Made by a program: the position numbers and the translations under genes. Under the pieces are notes generated by a model that made no database searches, was not told where the DNA came from, and saw only the letters and a list, made by a program, of their open reading frames with translations. Below, in pieces: positions 9,810-19,444 of a stretch of DNA of 64,000 nucleotides; position 1 is the first letter of the stretch, and each line of letters begins with the position of its first letter. The stretch comes from Chitinophagaceae bacterium (lineage in GTDB: Bacteria > Bacteroidota > Bacteroidia > Chitinophagales > Chitinophagaceae). The stretch lies in the NCBI GenBank assembly GCA_947447825.1, contig CANFLL010000007.1:10318-74317 (forward strand), written 5' to 3'.

Positions 9810-11402
9810 ATGATCGCATTTCAGAATATAGAATTTATATACGGTCTTGGAATTTTGCTTCCATTAGTTGCCCTATTGTGGCTAACTATCAGATGGAAAC
9901 AAAAAATAAGAAAAGTATTAGGTAGCGAGAACTTAATTAACCAACTTTTAGGCGATTATTCCGAAAAAAAATTTATTATCAAAGTGTTGTGCATCATAGT
10001 GGCAATAGTTTTATTGCTCCTTTCTGCGGCCAATCTTCGACAACCTATCAAACAAAAAGGCTCTGCCGCAACAGGGATTGATGTAATGATTGCGCTCGAT
10101 GTGAGTAACAGTATGCTTGCGCAAGATGAAAAACCAACAAGATTAGATAAAGCAAAAGAACTCATAAATAAAATAACAATTCAACTACAAAATAATCGAA
10201 TTGGGTTGGTTGTTTTTGCTGGAAGAGCCTATTTGCAAATGCCGTTAACGAGTGATGTTGGTGCCACCAAAATGTTTGTTAGCAATGCAAACCCAAGCCT
10301 GATAGGCTGGCAAGGAACCGTAATTGGGGATGCTTTAACGCTTTGCAACAATAGTCTCGATACTAAAGAAAAGAAATATAAGGCTGCCATTCTTATAACT
10401 GATGGCGAAGATCAGGACACAAAAGCCCTTGACGTGGCAGAGGACTTAGCCGAAAAAGGTGTTATTGTGCATACGGTAGGAGTGGGGTCGGTTACGGGAG
10501 CACCCATTGTTGATGGTTTAAACGACTATAAACGTGATGCAGATGGTAAAACTGTAATTACAAAACTTAATACCACTTTACTTAAAAACATTGCCGATGT
10601 CACTGGCGGCACTTATCACTATCTGGATAATACCGAAGCGGTTAGTGCTGATTTATCACAAGTGCTAAACGGGATGGATAAAAAGGCTTTTGGCAACCCA
10701 GGTAGCTATGTTGATTACCAATCGTACTATTTAATATTTCTTGCCATTGCCCTTTTTATATTGGTCATAGAGCTTTTTATCACAGAAAAAAAGAGGAATA
10801 CTCTTCTAAGTATGACTACTTTGTTTGTTTTGATGCTGCTAATGTTTTCTTCGGCAGCAAAGAGCCAAACTAGTAATTCCACGATTGTAAAAGGCAATGA
10901 ACTATACAGAAAAGGAGATTTCAAGTCTGCACAAGGTGAATATGAAAAAGTGTTGGGTAAAGATGCCAAGAATACAACTGCGGGGTTTAACAATGCCAAT
11001 AGTTTATTTCGTCAACAACAATTTTCGGCTGCTGCAAAACAAATGGACGAGATAGCTACCAATAGTACAGATCCTATTTTGCAGGCAAAAGCATGGTATA
11101 ATAAGGGGATAGCTGAAGTGAAACAGAAAATGATGGACTTGGCTGCCACATCATTCAAAAAGTCAATATTAATTAATAATAATGATGAAGCTGCCCGAGA
11201 AAACCTACAGATGGTGTTGAATGAGATGAAGAAACAAGAGCAACAAAAACAGCAAAATAGTAAGTCTCAACCAAAAAAAGAACCTTCTAAAAAGCAGGCA
11301 GAGCAGCAACTAAATATGCTTAGAGATGAGGAGAAAAGACTACAATCGGATGTTCAACAGAAAAAAGCAAAGCCAGAAGCTGGCAACGAAAAAGATTGGT
11401 GA
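9810..11402 (+). CDS. VWA-domain membrane protein with C-terminal TPR region (BatB-like, fused to a BatC-like TPR part)
   Basis: Two N-terminal TM segments. VWA MIDAS motif DVSNSM (IALDVSNSMLAQDEKPTRLDKAKE). A TM segment after the VWA domain, then TPR-like repeats and a K/Q/E-rich tail. Confidence 0.8.
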   Translation: MIAFQNIEFIYGLGILLPLVALLWLTIRWKQKIRKVLGSENLINQLLGDYSEKKFIIKVLCIIVAIVLLLLSAANLRQPIKQKGSAATGIDVMIALDVSNSMLAQDEKPTRLDKAKELINKITIQLQNNRIGLVVFAGRAYLQMPLTSDVGATKMFVSNANPSLIGWQGTVIGDALTLCNNSLDTKEKKYKAAILITDGEDQDTKALDVAEDLAEKGVIVHTVGVGSVTGAPIVDGLNDYKRDADGKTVITKLNTTLLKNIADVTGGTYHYLDNTEAVSADLSQVLNGMDKKAFGNPGSYVDYQSYYLIFLAIALFILVIELFITEKKRNTLLSMTTLFVLMLLMFSSAAKSQTSNSTIVKGNELYRKGDFKSAQGEYEKVLGKDAKNTTAGFNNANSLFRQQQFSAAAKQMDEIATNSTDPILQAKAWYNKGIAEVKQKMMDLAATSFKKSILINNNDEAARENLQMVLNEMKKQEQQKQQNSKSQPKKEPSKKQAEQQLNMLRDEEKRLQSDVQQKKAKPEAGNEKDW

Positions 11403-11486
11403 ATTAAAGGGGGACGTTTTCAGCTATATAAAGCTAATTATTGCCCTTATGACCAAGCTTGAAATTAAAAACACAAAATTTAAAAA

Positions 11487-11756
11487 TTACTCCTTTTCAT
11501 TACATCTAATGTCGCAACCGCCTTTTGTTACTTTCCCAGTTTTTTCTTCTGTGTAACCATTAGAAATTTCCATCCACAAAATATTGATGGTATAATAGTG
11601 ATGAAGTACTAACTGATCATTTTTACAGCAAGCGAAATCTTTGTTGGTATTATAATTTTTACCAAACATTCTAGTAAAAGGTGCAGTGATTGTAGACGTA
11701 ACGAATAAACCAGTGATGGCAATTGCAACAATGTTTACTTTAAGATTTGCTATCAT
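11487..11756 (-). CDS. Small secreted or membrane-anchored 4-Cys protein, paralog 1
   Basis: 89 aa with an N-terminal hydrophobic segment and conserved CC...C...C. About 70% identical to the neighbouring 88-aa ORF; blocks such as VTSTITAPFTRMFGKNY, ACCKNDQLVL and GCDIRCN are conserved. Confidence 0.7.
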   Translation of the reverse strand: MIANLKVNIVAIAITGLFVTSTITAPFTRMFGKNYNTNKDFACCKNDQLVLHHYYTINILWMEISNGYTEEKTGKVTKGGCDIRCNEKE

Positions 11757-11883
11757 AATTTTATTTTTTTATTGTTTGATGGTGTAAAAGTGCCACTTAT
11801 TCCTTTTTTCAAAAACCCCTTGAATGGGGGGATATAGTAAGGATTCCTGAAGTAAATGCTCTAAAACCAATCATCAATACAAT

Positions 11884-11912
11884 AAAAAAAAGCATCCAGA
11901 CTTGAATGCTTT
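11884..11912 (-). terminator. Rho-independent terminator of small 4-Cys paralog 2
   Basis: 7-bp stem aaagcat/atgcttt with a 10-nt loop, followed on the minus strand by a T-run. Lies 10 nt after the stop at 11922. Confidence 0.6.
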
Positions 11913-11921
11913 GAATTATGA

Positions 11922-12188
11922 TTATTGGTTATTACACCTAATGTCACAACCTTCTTTTGAAATTTTTCCAGTGTTTTCTTCCGTATAACCATTGGAAACC
12001 TCGAGCCAAAAAACATTGATTGTGTAATAATGATTAAGTACAAGTTGGTCATTTTTGCAACAGGCATAATCTTTATTGGAAAAATAGTTCTTGCCAAACA
12101 TTCTAGTAAATGGAGCAGTAATAGTGGAGGTTACAATTAAGCCAGCTAATGCAATTGTAGCGATGCTCAATTTAAAATTTGCTAACAT
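11922..12188 (-). CDS. Small secreted or membrane-anchored 4-Cys protein, paralog 2
   Basis: 88-aa tandem paralog of 11487..11756 with the same four Cys positions. Confidence 0.7.
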   Translation of the reverse strand: MLANFKLSIATIALAGLIVTSTITAPFTRMFGKNYFSNKDYACCKNDQLVLNHYYTINVFWLEVSNGYTEENTGKISKEGCDIRCNNQ

Positions 12189-12563
12189 AAAAACTAATTT
12201 TAGAGTGGGGTTAAATCATTTCTTTTTTTGATGTTGTAAAGGTGAAGCGTATTTTTTTATTAAAAAATCCCTTGAATTAGGGATTGTTGTTATACTACAA
12301 AGTGCATGCTTTTTTCAGCGAAAATTGTTTTTCTATCAGTATTGCAAAACCTCGTTTGTTAGTTGAATGTTTGTTAAAGGAAATGAACTAGACATTTTGA
12401 TAGCACAACTTTCTATACATTTGAAAAATACCATTAAATATTCCCCCATTTGAGTTGATTTTTACTTTTTATTCTAGCTGTTAATATTAAAAGAAAAGTG
12501 TTGCTAAACATTCAGCTTTTAATTTGCGACTATCAACTTTTACTAATCAATTAAATTAAACAA

Positions 12564-14120
12564 ATGCCTTTAGCTAAAATTATTTGGGTGGATGATGAAA
12601 TGGAGAGTCTTCAATCTCAGAAGATGTTCTTGGAAAATAAGGGATATGAGGTAACTACTTTTTCAAATGGGTTTGATGCCTTGGAATATATTAAAAGTAA
12701 TGTGGTTGATGCAGTGCTGATCGATGAAACAATGCCTGGCATCACAGGACTTCAAACCTTGGTTAAGATAAAAGAAATAAACCAAAGCATTCCGGTGGTA
12801 CTCATCACTAAAAATGAGACAGAAAATTTAATGGATGATGCAATAGGTAGCCAGATTGCCGACTACCTTATTAAACCAGTGAACCCGAATCAGGTATTGT
12901 TGAGCCTAAAAAAGATAATTGACAATAAAAGGCTGGTTTCAGAAAAAACTACTACCACTTATCAGCAACAATTTCGCAATTTATTTACTGCCCTAAATAG
13001 TAATCCAGATTTTAATGACTGGATGGATATTTATAAAAAACTGGTGTATTGGGAACTAGAGATGGAGAAAACAAATAGTCCTGAAATGCAAGAGATTTTG
13101 GCCTCACAGAAAGAAGAGGCTAATACAGAGTTTTTTAAGTTTATTAGTCGTAACTATACAAAATGGCTCAATCCAAAAACGTCAGAAGTACCCATTATGA
13201 GCCACACACTTTTGCAAAAAAAAGTTTTGCCTCAACTGGAAAAAGGAGTACCCGTATTTTTTGTTTTGATAGATAATCTTCGTCTCGACCAATGGAAAAC
13301 TATTCAACCAATCTTTGCAGAAAGTTTTAGGATATTAGAAGATGAAACATTCTATTCTATTCTTCCTACTGCCACTCAGTATAGTCGTAATGCAATTTTT
13401 AGTGGGTTGATGCCTATTGACATTCAAAAACAATTTCCAGAACAATGGAAAAATGATGACGATGAGGGTGGGAAGAATCTGTTCGAAGAAGGATTCTTTA
13501 GAGCTTTACTAAAAAGATTGAAGAAAGATAACCTCAAAATAAGCTATACCAAAGTGGTTAATAACCATGATGGTCAGAGTTTGGTAAACAATATTCACAA
13601 CATGCTTTCCAATGATCTGAATATTATTGTTTACAATTTTGTAGATATGCTCAGTCATGCACGCACAGAAATGGAAGTGTTGAAGGAATTGGCAGGTGAT
13701 GAAGCTAGCTATAGAAGTGTAACCAAAAGTTGGTTCGAGCATAGTCCTTTGCACCATGCACTTAAAAAGATTGCAGATAAAAAATTAAAGCTTGTGGTGG
13801 CTACCGATCATGGTACTGTTCGTGTTAAAAAACCTAGTAAGGTTATTGGCGATAAACAAACCACTACAAATCTTCGCTACAAACATGGCCGTAATTTAAA
13901 CTACGAACAAAAAGATGTATTGGCATTTAAAGAACCACGTGAAGCTGGATTGCCAACCCCCAATGTGAATTCTTCCTTTATTTTTGCGAAAGAAGATGGT
14001 TTTTTATGCTATCCCAATAACTACAATCATTATGTAAACTTTTATAAAAACACCTTTCAACATGGTGGGGTAAGTTTAGAAGAGATGATTGTGCCCGTAA
14101 TAAAAATGACGAATAAATAG
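12564..14120 (+). CDS. porX: PorX-type response regulator (CheY receiver fused to a PglZ/alkaline-phosphatase-superfamily domain)
   Basis: Receiver domain (IIWVDDE...VLIDETMPGITG...LIKP) plus a C-terminal PglZ-like domain. The 518-aa length and architecture match T9SS regulator PorX. Confidence 0.85.
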   Translation: MPLAKIIWVDDEMESLQSQKMFLENKGYEVTTFSNGFDALEYIKSNVVDAVLIDETMPGITGLQTLVKIKEINQSIPVVLITKNETENLMDDAIGSQIADYLIKPVNPNQVLLSLKKIIDNKRLVSEKTTTTYQQQFRNLFTALNSNPDFNDWMDIYKKLVYWELEMEKTNSPEMQEILASQKEEANTEFFKFISRNYTKWLNPKTSEVPIMSHTLLQKKVLPQLEKGVPVFFVLIDNLRLDQWKTIQPIFAESFRILEDETFYSILPTATQYSRNAIFSGLMPIDIQKQFPEQWKNDDDEGGKNLFEEGFFRALLKRLKKDNLKISYTKVVNNHDGQSLVNNIHNMLSNDLNIIVYNFVDMLSHARTEMEVLKELAGDEASYRSVTKSWFEHSPLHHALKKIADKKLKLVVATDHGTVRVKKPSKVIGDKQTTTNLRYKHGRNLNYEQKDVLAFKEPREAGLPTPNVNSSFIFAKEDGFLCYPNNYNHYVNFYKNTFQHGGVSLEEMIVPVIKMTNK

Positions 14121-14184
14121 TTGCTAGATTCAGGTTACTTGAGGCCAGTATCTTGTAACCTGAAACAGGTATTTAATTAAGAAA

Positions 14185-14469
14185 ATGAAATTTAACGAAC
14201 AAAGTTTACGCAAATTAGAAGCTATATTATCCCAATGCGATTACGTGATACGCTATGAAAGAGGAAACTTTCAGAGTGGATGGTGCTTGTTAGAAGCTAA
14301 AAGAGTAGTGGTGCTAAATAAATTTTTAGATGTAGAAGGACGAATAAATACCTTAATAGACCTTATTCCTCAAATTAATATCAACTATGATCGACTCACC
14401 ATCGAGAGTCAACGACTTTTTGATGAAGTAAACAAGAAAGTTAGCAAGTCCCCCGATTCTTTTACCTAG
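14185..14469 (+). CDS. Hypothetical protein
   Basis: 94-aa ORF placed tightly between porX and the MBL hydrolase gene. No domain recognised. Confidence 0.55.
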   Translation: MKFNEQSLRKLEAILSQCDYVIRYERGNFQSGWCLLEAKRVVVLNKFLDVEGRINTLIDLIPQININYDRLTIESQRLFDEVNKKVSKSPDSFT

Positions 14470-14478
14470 TTTTGAACG

Positions 14479-15258
14479 GTGAATCATACGCCCATTTCAA
14501 TTACTTTTTTAGGTACCGGCACTAGTAGTGGTGTGCCCATGATTGGATGCAAATGCGAAGTTTGCCTATCCACCAATCCTAATGACAATCGGTTAAGAAG
14601 TAGTGTTCTTGTTAAATCTGCCACCACCACCTTTGTTATCGATACCACCCCCGATTTTAGGTATCAAATGTTGCGCATTGGCAATGATAACCTCGATGCA
14701 GTCCTATTCACTCATCCCCATAAAGATCACACTGGCGGACTGGATGATATACGTCCTTATAATTATTTTCAGAAAAAATCTATTCATGTATATGCAAATA
14801 AACTCACGGAAGAGAATCTTAGGAGGGAGTATTATTACGCTTTTACTAGTGAAAAACTAGTAGGACTGCCTGAAATTATCTTGCATACGATTGATGAAAC
14901 ACCTTTTATGATTGGTGATATAGAAATTATTCCTATAAAAGTATGGCACATGAAGATGATGGTTTACGGTTACCGTATTGGCAACTTTACCTACATAACT
15001 GATGCTAACAGACTTGAAGACGACCAAAAAGAAAAGATAAAAGGAAGCGAGATTATGGTGCTTAACTCATTAAGAAAGGAAAAACACATATCGCATTTTA
15101 GTTTGAGCGAGGCTATTGAAATTGTACAGGAACTTGGGATTAAACAATCTTATTTTACACATATCAGCCATCAGCTTGGTCTGCACAATGCTATCAACAA
15201 TGAATTGCCCATTGGCATTTCTTTAGCATACGATGGTTTAACAATAGAAATGAAATAG
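14479..15258 (+). CDS. MBL-fold metallo-hydrolase (PhnP-like)
   Basis: HxHxDH motif (THPHKDHTGG) and N-terminal ITFLGTGTSSGVPMIGC. GTG is the first possible start because an in-frame TGA lies 6 nt upstream. Confidence 0.85.
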   Translation: MNHTPISITFLGTGTSSGVPMIGCKCEVCLSTNPNDNRLRSSVLVKSATTTFVIDTTPDFRYQMLRIGNDNLDAVLFTHPHKDHTGGLDDIRPYNYFQKKSIHVYANKLTEENLRREYYYAFTSEKLVGLPEIILHTIDETPFMIGDIEIIPIKVWHMKMMVYGYRIGNFTYITDANRLEDDQKEKIKGSEIMVLNSLRKEKHISHFSLSEAIEIVQELGIKQSYFTHISHQLGLHNAINNELPIGISLAYDGLTIEMK

Positions 15259-15284
15259 CCGCATTTTGAGTACACCTTTCACAA

Positions 15285-16205
15285 ATGGCTATCAAAAAGA
15301 TTGTCAAAGATTATTTCACATTCTCTAAAAAAGAGGGAATCGCAGCAATTGTGCTTGCCGTATTGATTTGCGTTTTTATCGCCCTGCCGTATCTGATAAA
15401 ACCTGAAAAGAAAAAGCCCCTTATCGACAAGGTTATGCTCGATGAGGTTTCTAAACTGCAATCAAGCAAAGCGAGTAACGATAGTAATAGAAGCCATTAT
15501 AAATTTTATCCCAAAAATTCATCTCCTTCCGAGCAAGAAAATACCACCTTCGAACCGTTCAGTTTTGACCCAAATTCCGTTGATGAAACTGGATGGCATA
15601 AACTAGGATTGCGTGATAAAACGATTCATACATTAATGAATTATAGAAGTAAGGGTGGTCAATTTCGTCAGCCAGACGATATTAAAAAAATATGGGGATT
15701 ACGCCCAGAAGAAGCTGCAAGGATAATTCCTTACGTTCATATTGTGGGAATTGAAGCGTATAAAAAGAAACAATATGCACCCTATAAAGCCTCTTTCACA
15801 AAACCAATGATTGTGGATTTAAACACAGCAACAATCGATCAGCTTCGTAATATTCCTGGCATGGGCAATGGATTACTCTTCAGGGTTTTGAAGTATAAAG
15901 AAAGATTGGGTGGATTTATAAACATTGAACAAGTGAAAGAAACGTATGGCATGAGCGATTCCTCTTTTGTGTTAATGCAACCTTTCCTAAAAATTACAAC
16001 AACCGTCATCACCAAAATAAATATCAATACTGCCACTGATTATGACCTAAGTACACATCCATATATTGACAGAAACGTGGCAAAAGCAATAGTGTTATAT
16101 AGAATTCAGCATGGCAGCTATCAATCTATCACCGATATTATGAAGATTGTATTTATCAAAGAACCTTTATTCAACAAAGTTGCCCCTTACTTAACGGTAC
16201 AATAG
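15285..16205 (+). CDS. ComEA-like helix-hairpin-helix DNA-binding protein (membrane-anchored, tandem HhH modules)
   Basis: N-terminal TM segment plus repeated HhH modules (DLNTATIDQLRNIPGMGNGL...; NINTATDYDLSTHPYIDRNVAKAIV). Confidence 0.75.
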   Translation: MAIKKIVKDYFTFSKKEGIAAIVLAVLICVFIALPYLIKPEKKKPLIDKVMLDEVSKLQSSKASNDSNRSHYKFYPKNSSPSEQENTTFEPFSFDPNSVDETGWHKLGLRDKTIHTLMNYRSKGGQFRQPDDIKKIWGLRPEEAARIIPYVHIVGIEAYKKKQYAPYKASFTKPMIVDLNTATIDQLRNIPGMGNGLLFRVLKYKERLGGFINIEQVKETYGMSDSSFVLMQPFLKITTTVITKININTATDYDLSTHPYIDRNVAKAIVLYRIQHGSYQSITDIMKIVFIKEPLFNKVAPYLTVQ

Positions 16206-16412
16206 AACTTCTTATATTGGGAGTAAGGACACTTATTGAACACGAGGGCTATAAATATTTATAAAAGAAAGTTGCAAAAAACGTCAAGGATAGAGATGTG
16301 TTTACAGACAAGAGTATAGAAATGACAGAAATATTCGATAGGGGAAATTGCTGTTCTGTAATCTTTTTTTAGAGGTATAAGTGTTTTGTCCTACAATAAT
16401 AATCTTCTCCCC

Positions 16413-17531
16413 CTAAAATTTCACCACCTCCCAATATACCTTTTTGGGTTGCAGGTTCTTATCAAAAAGCAAAGGGTAGTCTTTACGGTTTTTTACCGGG
16501 AAATTATCAAGCCAGCTATACCTGTCCGAAACATTCCAAAAGGTAACGCCAGAGATGTTTCCTTTATATTTTCTGAAAGTACTGAAACACATTTTATATT
16601 GTTCCAGTTGCTTCGCCTCCCTTTCTTCCGTAAATCTGGTATCCAAATCTTCAGATTTTTTTTCCCTTGCTTTGTGTTCTTTACTGTAAACTGATATATC
16701 TAGTTCAGTAATCTGAATCTTTAGACCAAGTTTTATGAAATCAGTCAGCGTATTTTCCAGTTGTTCATTTGAGGGCTCACTGATTGCCCAATGCGATTGT
16801 AGTCCGATGCCATTTATTGGGATACCTGCGCTTTTTAATTTATTGATTAGCTCAATTATTTTAGCTCTTTTAGAAGTATTTATCTCATTGTAGTCATTGT
16901 AAAACAACTGCGCATCAGAATCTGCTTCATGCGCCCATTGAAAAGCTTTGAAAATAAAATCTTCTCCACATATCTCATAATATTTTGATTTTCTATAAAA
17001 CTCATTTGGGTTATCCGAAATAACCTCATTCACCACATCCCAAGCGTAAATACTTCCTTTGTAACGACCAACTACTGCATAAATATGTTCTTTTATCCGT
17101 TGAAGAAGAACCTCTTTGCTTACTTGTTTTCCTGTTGCTGCATCATTAAAAATCCACGCTGGTGTTTGCTGATGCCATAACAAGGTATGCCCTCTAACTT
17201 TCATGTTGTTCTGTTCTGCATAGGAAACAATTGCATCTGCATTTTCCCAATTATAAACAAACTCACTGGGATGTAAGGAAGACATCTTCATGTCGTTTTC
17301 CGGTGTTAGACTATTGAAGTTTAATTTAATAAGCGGTTCTTCATCCGAATTTAAGGAGCGAGGAGACACAGCAACACCAATGGGAAAGTAGTTCAGATAA
17401 TAATCCTTTAGCCCTTTATTCGCTGGTTTATTTTGCGATGAGGCTTGTAGTTTATGCTGATTTGAACAGGCATTCAATAATACAAAACAGTATATTAGAA
17501 CCAGCGATTTAATAATGTTGATTACTTTCAT
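16413..17531 (-). CDS. GH10 endo-1,4-beta-xylanase (lipoprotein)
   Basis: GH10 signatures GHTLLWHQQTPAW, WDVVNE (acid/base Glu) and ITELDIS (nucleophile Glu). Lipobox LLNACS. Confidence 0.9.
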   Translation of the reverse strand: MKVINIIKSLVLIYCFVLLNACSNQHKLQASSQNKPANKGLKDYYLNYFPIGVAVSPRSLNSDEEPLIKLNFNSLTPENDMKMSSLHPSEFVYNWENADAIVSYAEQNNMKVRGHTLLWHQQTPAWIFNDAATGKQVSKEVLLQRIKEHIYAVVGRYKGSIYAWDVVNEVISDNPNEFYRKSKYYEICGEDFIFKAFQWAHEADSDAQLFYNDYNEINTSKRAKIIELINKLKSAGIPINGIGLQSHWAISEPSNEQLENTLTDFIKLGLKIQITELDISVYSKEHKAREKKSEDLDTRFTEEREAKQLEQYKMCFSTFRKYKGNISGVTFWNVSDRYSWLDNFPVKNRKDYPLLFDKNLQPKKVYWEVVKF

Positions 17532-17601
17532 TTGTAGTATTTAAACCTGAATTATTATCAATTGAGTTACAAACTACTGCAATTTTATGGAACACTGAGT
17601 A

Positions 17602-19275
17602 TTATTTATAAATTGTGTCATTCCCTTTGTAGGCAAACCAATGATAACTAGCTGTGTTTTGTGTTTCTGTACCGTTCGATGTGGAATATAAGCCATACAA
17701 AGCACCTACAAATCCGCCGGCTTCATAGGTACTTAATAATTTTGCATCCATAGTTTTAAGCAAAACATATTTCTTGCCTTCCTCACAATAATAGAATGAA
17801 TATTGATCGTTATTAGCTTCAATTTTAAATTGAATGCTTTTGTTTTTATTGCTAATTTTAACAGTGGTAATCAATTCATTTATCTCTCCTTCTTTTAATG
17901 CTGATCGATATAATTCAACTACTGAATTATTTTCTTTTATCGATTTACAAATAAAATAGTAATGAGTCTCATTCTGAAAAACCACAAGCCCTGCTTTTTC
18001 GTTATCCGCTTTAGCATTGAAACCAACACTAGTAGTTGCTTCACCTTTTAAATGAGATTGGCGGAAACCAACAAAAGCCGGATTGTATTTCTCAGACAAA
18101 GTAGTTGCTTTTAAAGGAAGTATGAGTTGTTTATTTATAGTATCAAGTGTATATAGTCCAACAGTAGGATTTCTTAAAAATACAAAACGGTCGTTTAGTT
18201 TCTTACTTTTAAAATCATCTCTAAAAGAAAAATTGCCGCTAAAGTCATTGCTTATTTTCTTGGTAATTGATGGCAGAGGAACAGGATATTGATATTGAAT
18301 AGTCTCTGATTCATGCGTAATGATTGGCCATCCATCTTTCCATTCTATAGGTGCTAAAAAAGTTTCTCTTCCTGTGTTATAAAAATCATCTTGATAAGGA
18401 CGACATCCTAAAAATACAGAAAACCATTTGCCATTTTGCGCCTCAATAAAGTCGCAATGCCCAGCAGATGAAATAGGATTTTGTCTGTTGGGGTCTAGGT
18501 CTTTTTGCGTAAGTATGGGATTGTTTCTATAAGGGATGTAAGGCCCTTTCACAGAATCGCTTCTCAGCACCACTTCGGTGTGATTGCTGCCAGTGCCACC
18601 TTCTGCACAAATCAGGTAATAATAATTATCCTTTTTAAAAATGTGAGGGCCTTCAATCCAAATAGGCTTTCTAGAAAAGTCAACTCCTCCATTCACTAAC
18701 ACTTCATTGTTGCCTACAACCTTCATTTTCTGAACATCAAACTCTACAATTCTTATACTTCTGTGGCCACTATACAGCGATTTGTTGTCAGGAGGATTTC
18801 CGTTGAAAGTAATATAGGCTTTGCCATCATTGTCAAAAAATAGCGATGGGTCAATGCCGTTCACGCCATTTAGCCAAACAGGGTTACTCCAGGGTCCTTT
18901 GGGGTCTTTAGCTTTAATGATGAAATTTCCTTTTTTATCAATCAGCGTACAAACAATATAAAAGGTGCTGTCATGGTATCTAATTGTTGGGGCAAAGAGT
19001 CCTCTCGATATACCCGCATTGGATAAGTCTAGCTGTTCGTTTCTTTCTAGGGCGTGGCCAATTTGTTTCCAATTTACCAAATCGGTACTATGAAACAGGG
19101 GCAATCCTGGAAAGTACGCAAAGGAAGAATTAACTAAATAATAGTCTTGGTTCACCTTGCAGATACTTGGGTCAGGATAAAAACCCGCAAGTATGGGGTT
19201 AGCATATTTTAATTGAGCATTTGCTAAATGAGCGAACAATTGAAGAAAGAATAATGCTATAAACGTTTTTTTCAT
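17602..19275 (-). CDS. GH43 beta-xylosidase/alpha-L-arabinofuranosidase with C-terminal ConA-like domain (XynB-like)
   Basis: N-terminal NPILAGFYPDPSICKV...YYLVNSSF. The 557-aa two-domain architecture is typical of GH43 XynB. Signal peptide present. Confidence 0.88.
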   Translation of the reverse strand: MKKTFIALFFLQLFAHLANAQLKYANPILAGFYPDPSICKVNQDYYLVNSSFAYFPGLPLFHSTDLVNWKQIGHALERNEQLDLSNAGISRGLFAPTIRYHDSTFYIVCTLIDKKGNFIIKAKDPKGPWSNPVWLNGVNGIDPSLFFDNDGKAYITFNGNPPDNKSLYSGHRSIRIVEFDVQKMKVVGNNEVLVNGGVDFSRKPIWIEGPHIFKKDNYYYLICAEGGTGSNHTEVVLRSDSVKGPYIPYRNNPILTQKDLDPNRQNPISSAGHCDFIEAQNGKWFSVFLGCRPYQDDFYNTGRETFLAPIEWKDGWPIITHESETIQYQYPVPLPSITKKISNDFSGNFSFRDDFKSKKLNDRFVFLRNPTVGLYTLDTINKQLILPLKATTLSEKYNPAFVGFRQSHLKGEATTSVGFNAKADNEKAGLVVFQNETHYYFICKSIKENNSVVELYRSALKEGEINELITTVKISNKNKSIQFKIEANNDQYSFYYCEEGKKYVLLKTMDAKLLSTYEAGGFVGALYGLYSTSNGTETQNTASYHWFAYKGNDTIYK

Positions 19276-19444
19276 CGTGCTAACTTATGACACTAATTTA
19301 ATTAATTGTTACTACCCATGGTGTATTTTACCAAACCAACGTAAGGTTTTCACAAAGAACACAAGGATCAGCTTTATAAGATTATTATAATTACGTTGGA
19401 ACTAGATTCAGTTGCTTCAACAAATAATCACTAACTACTAATCA

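Noticed and set aside
11861-12097. 78-aa minus-strand ORF overlapping small 4-Cys paralog 2 in another frame.
   Set aside because: The paralog frame is supported by ~70% amino-acid identity to the neighbouring gene. This alternative frame has no such support.
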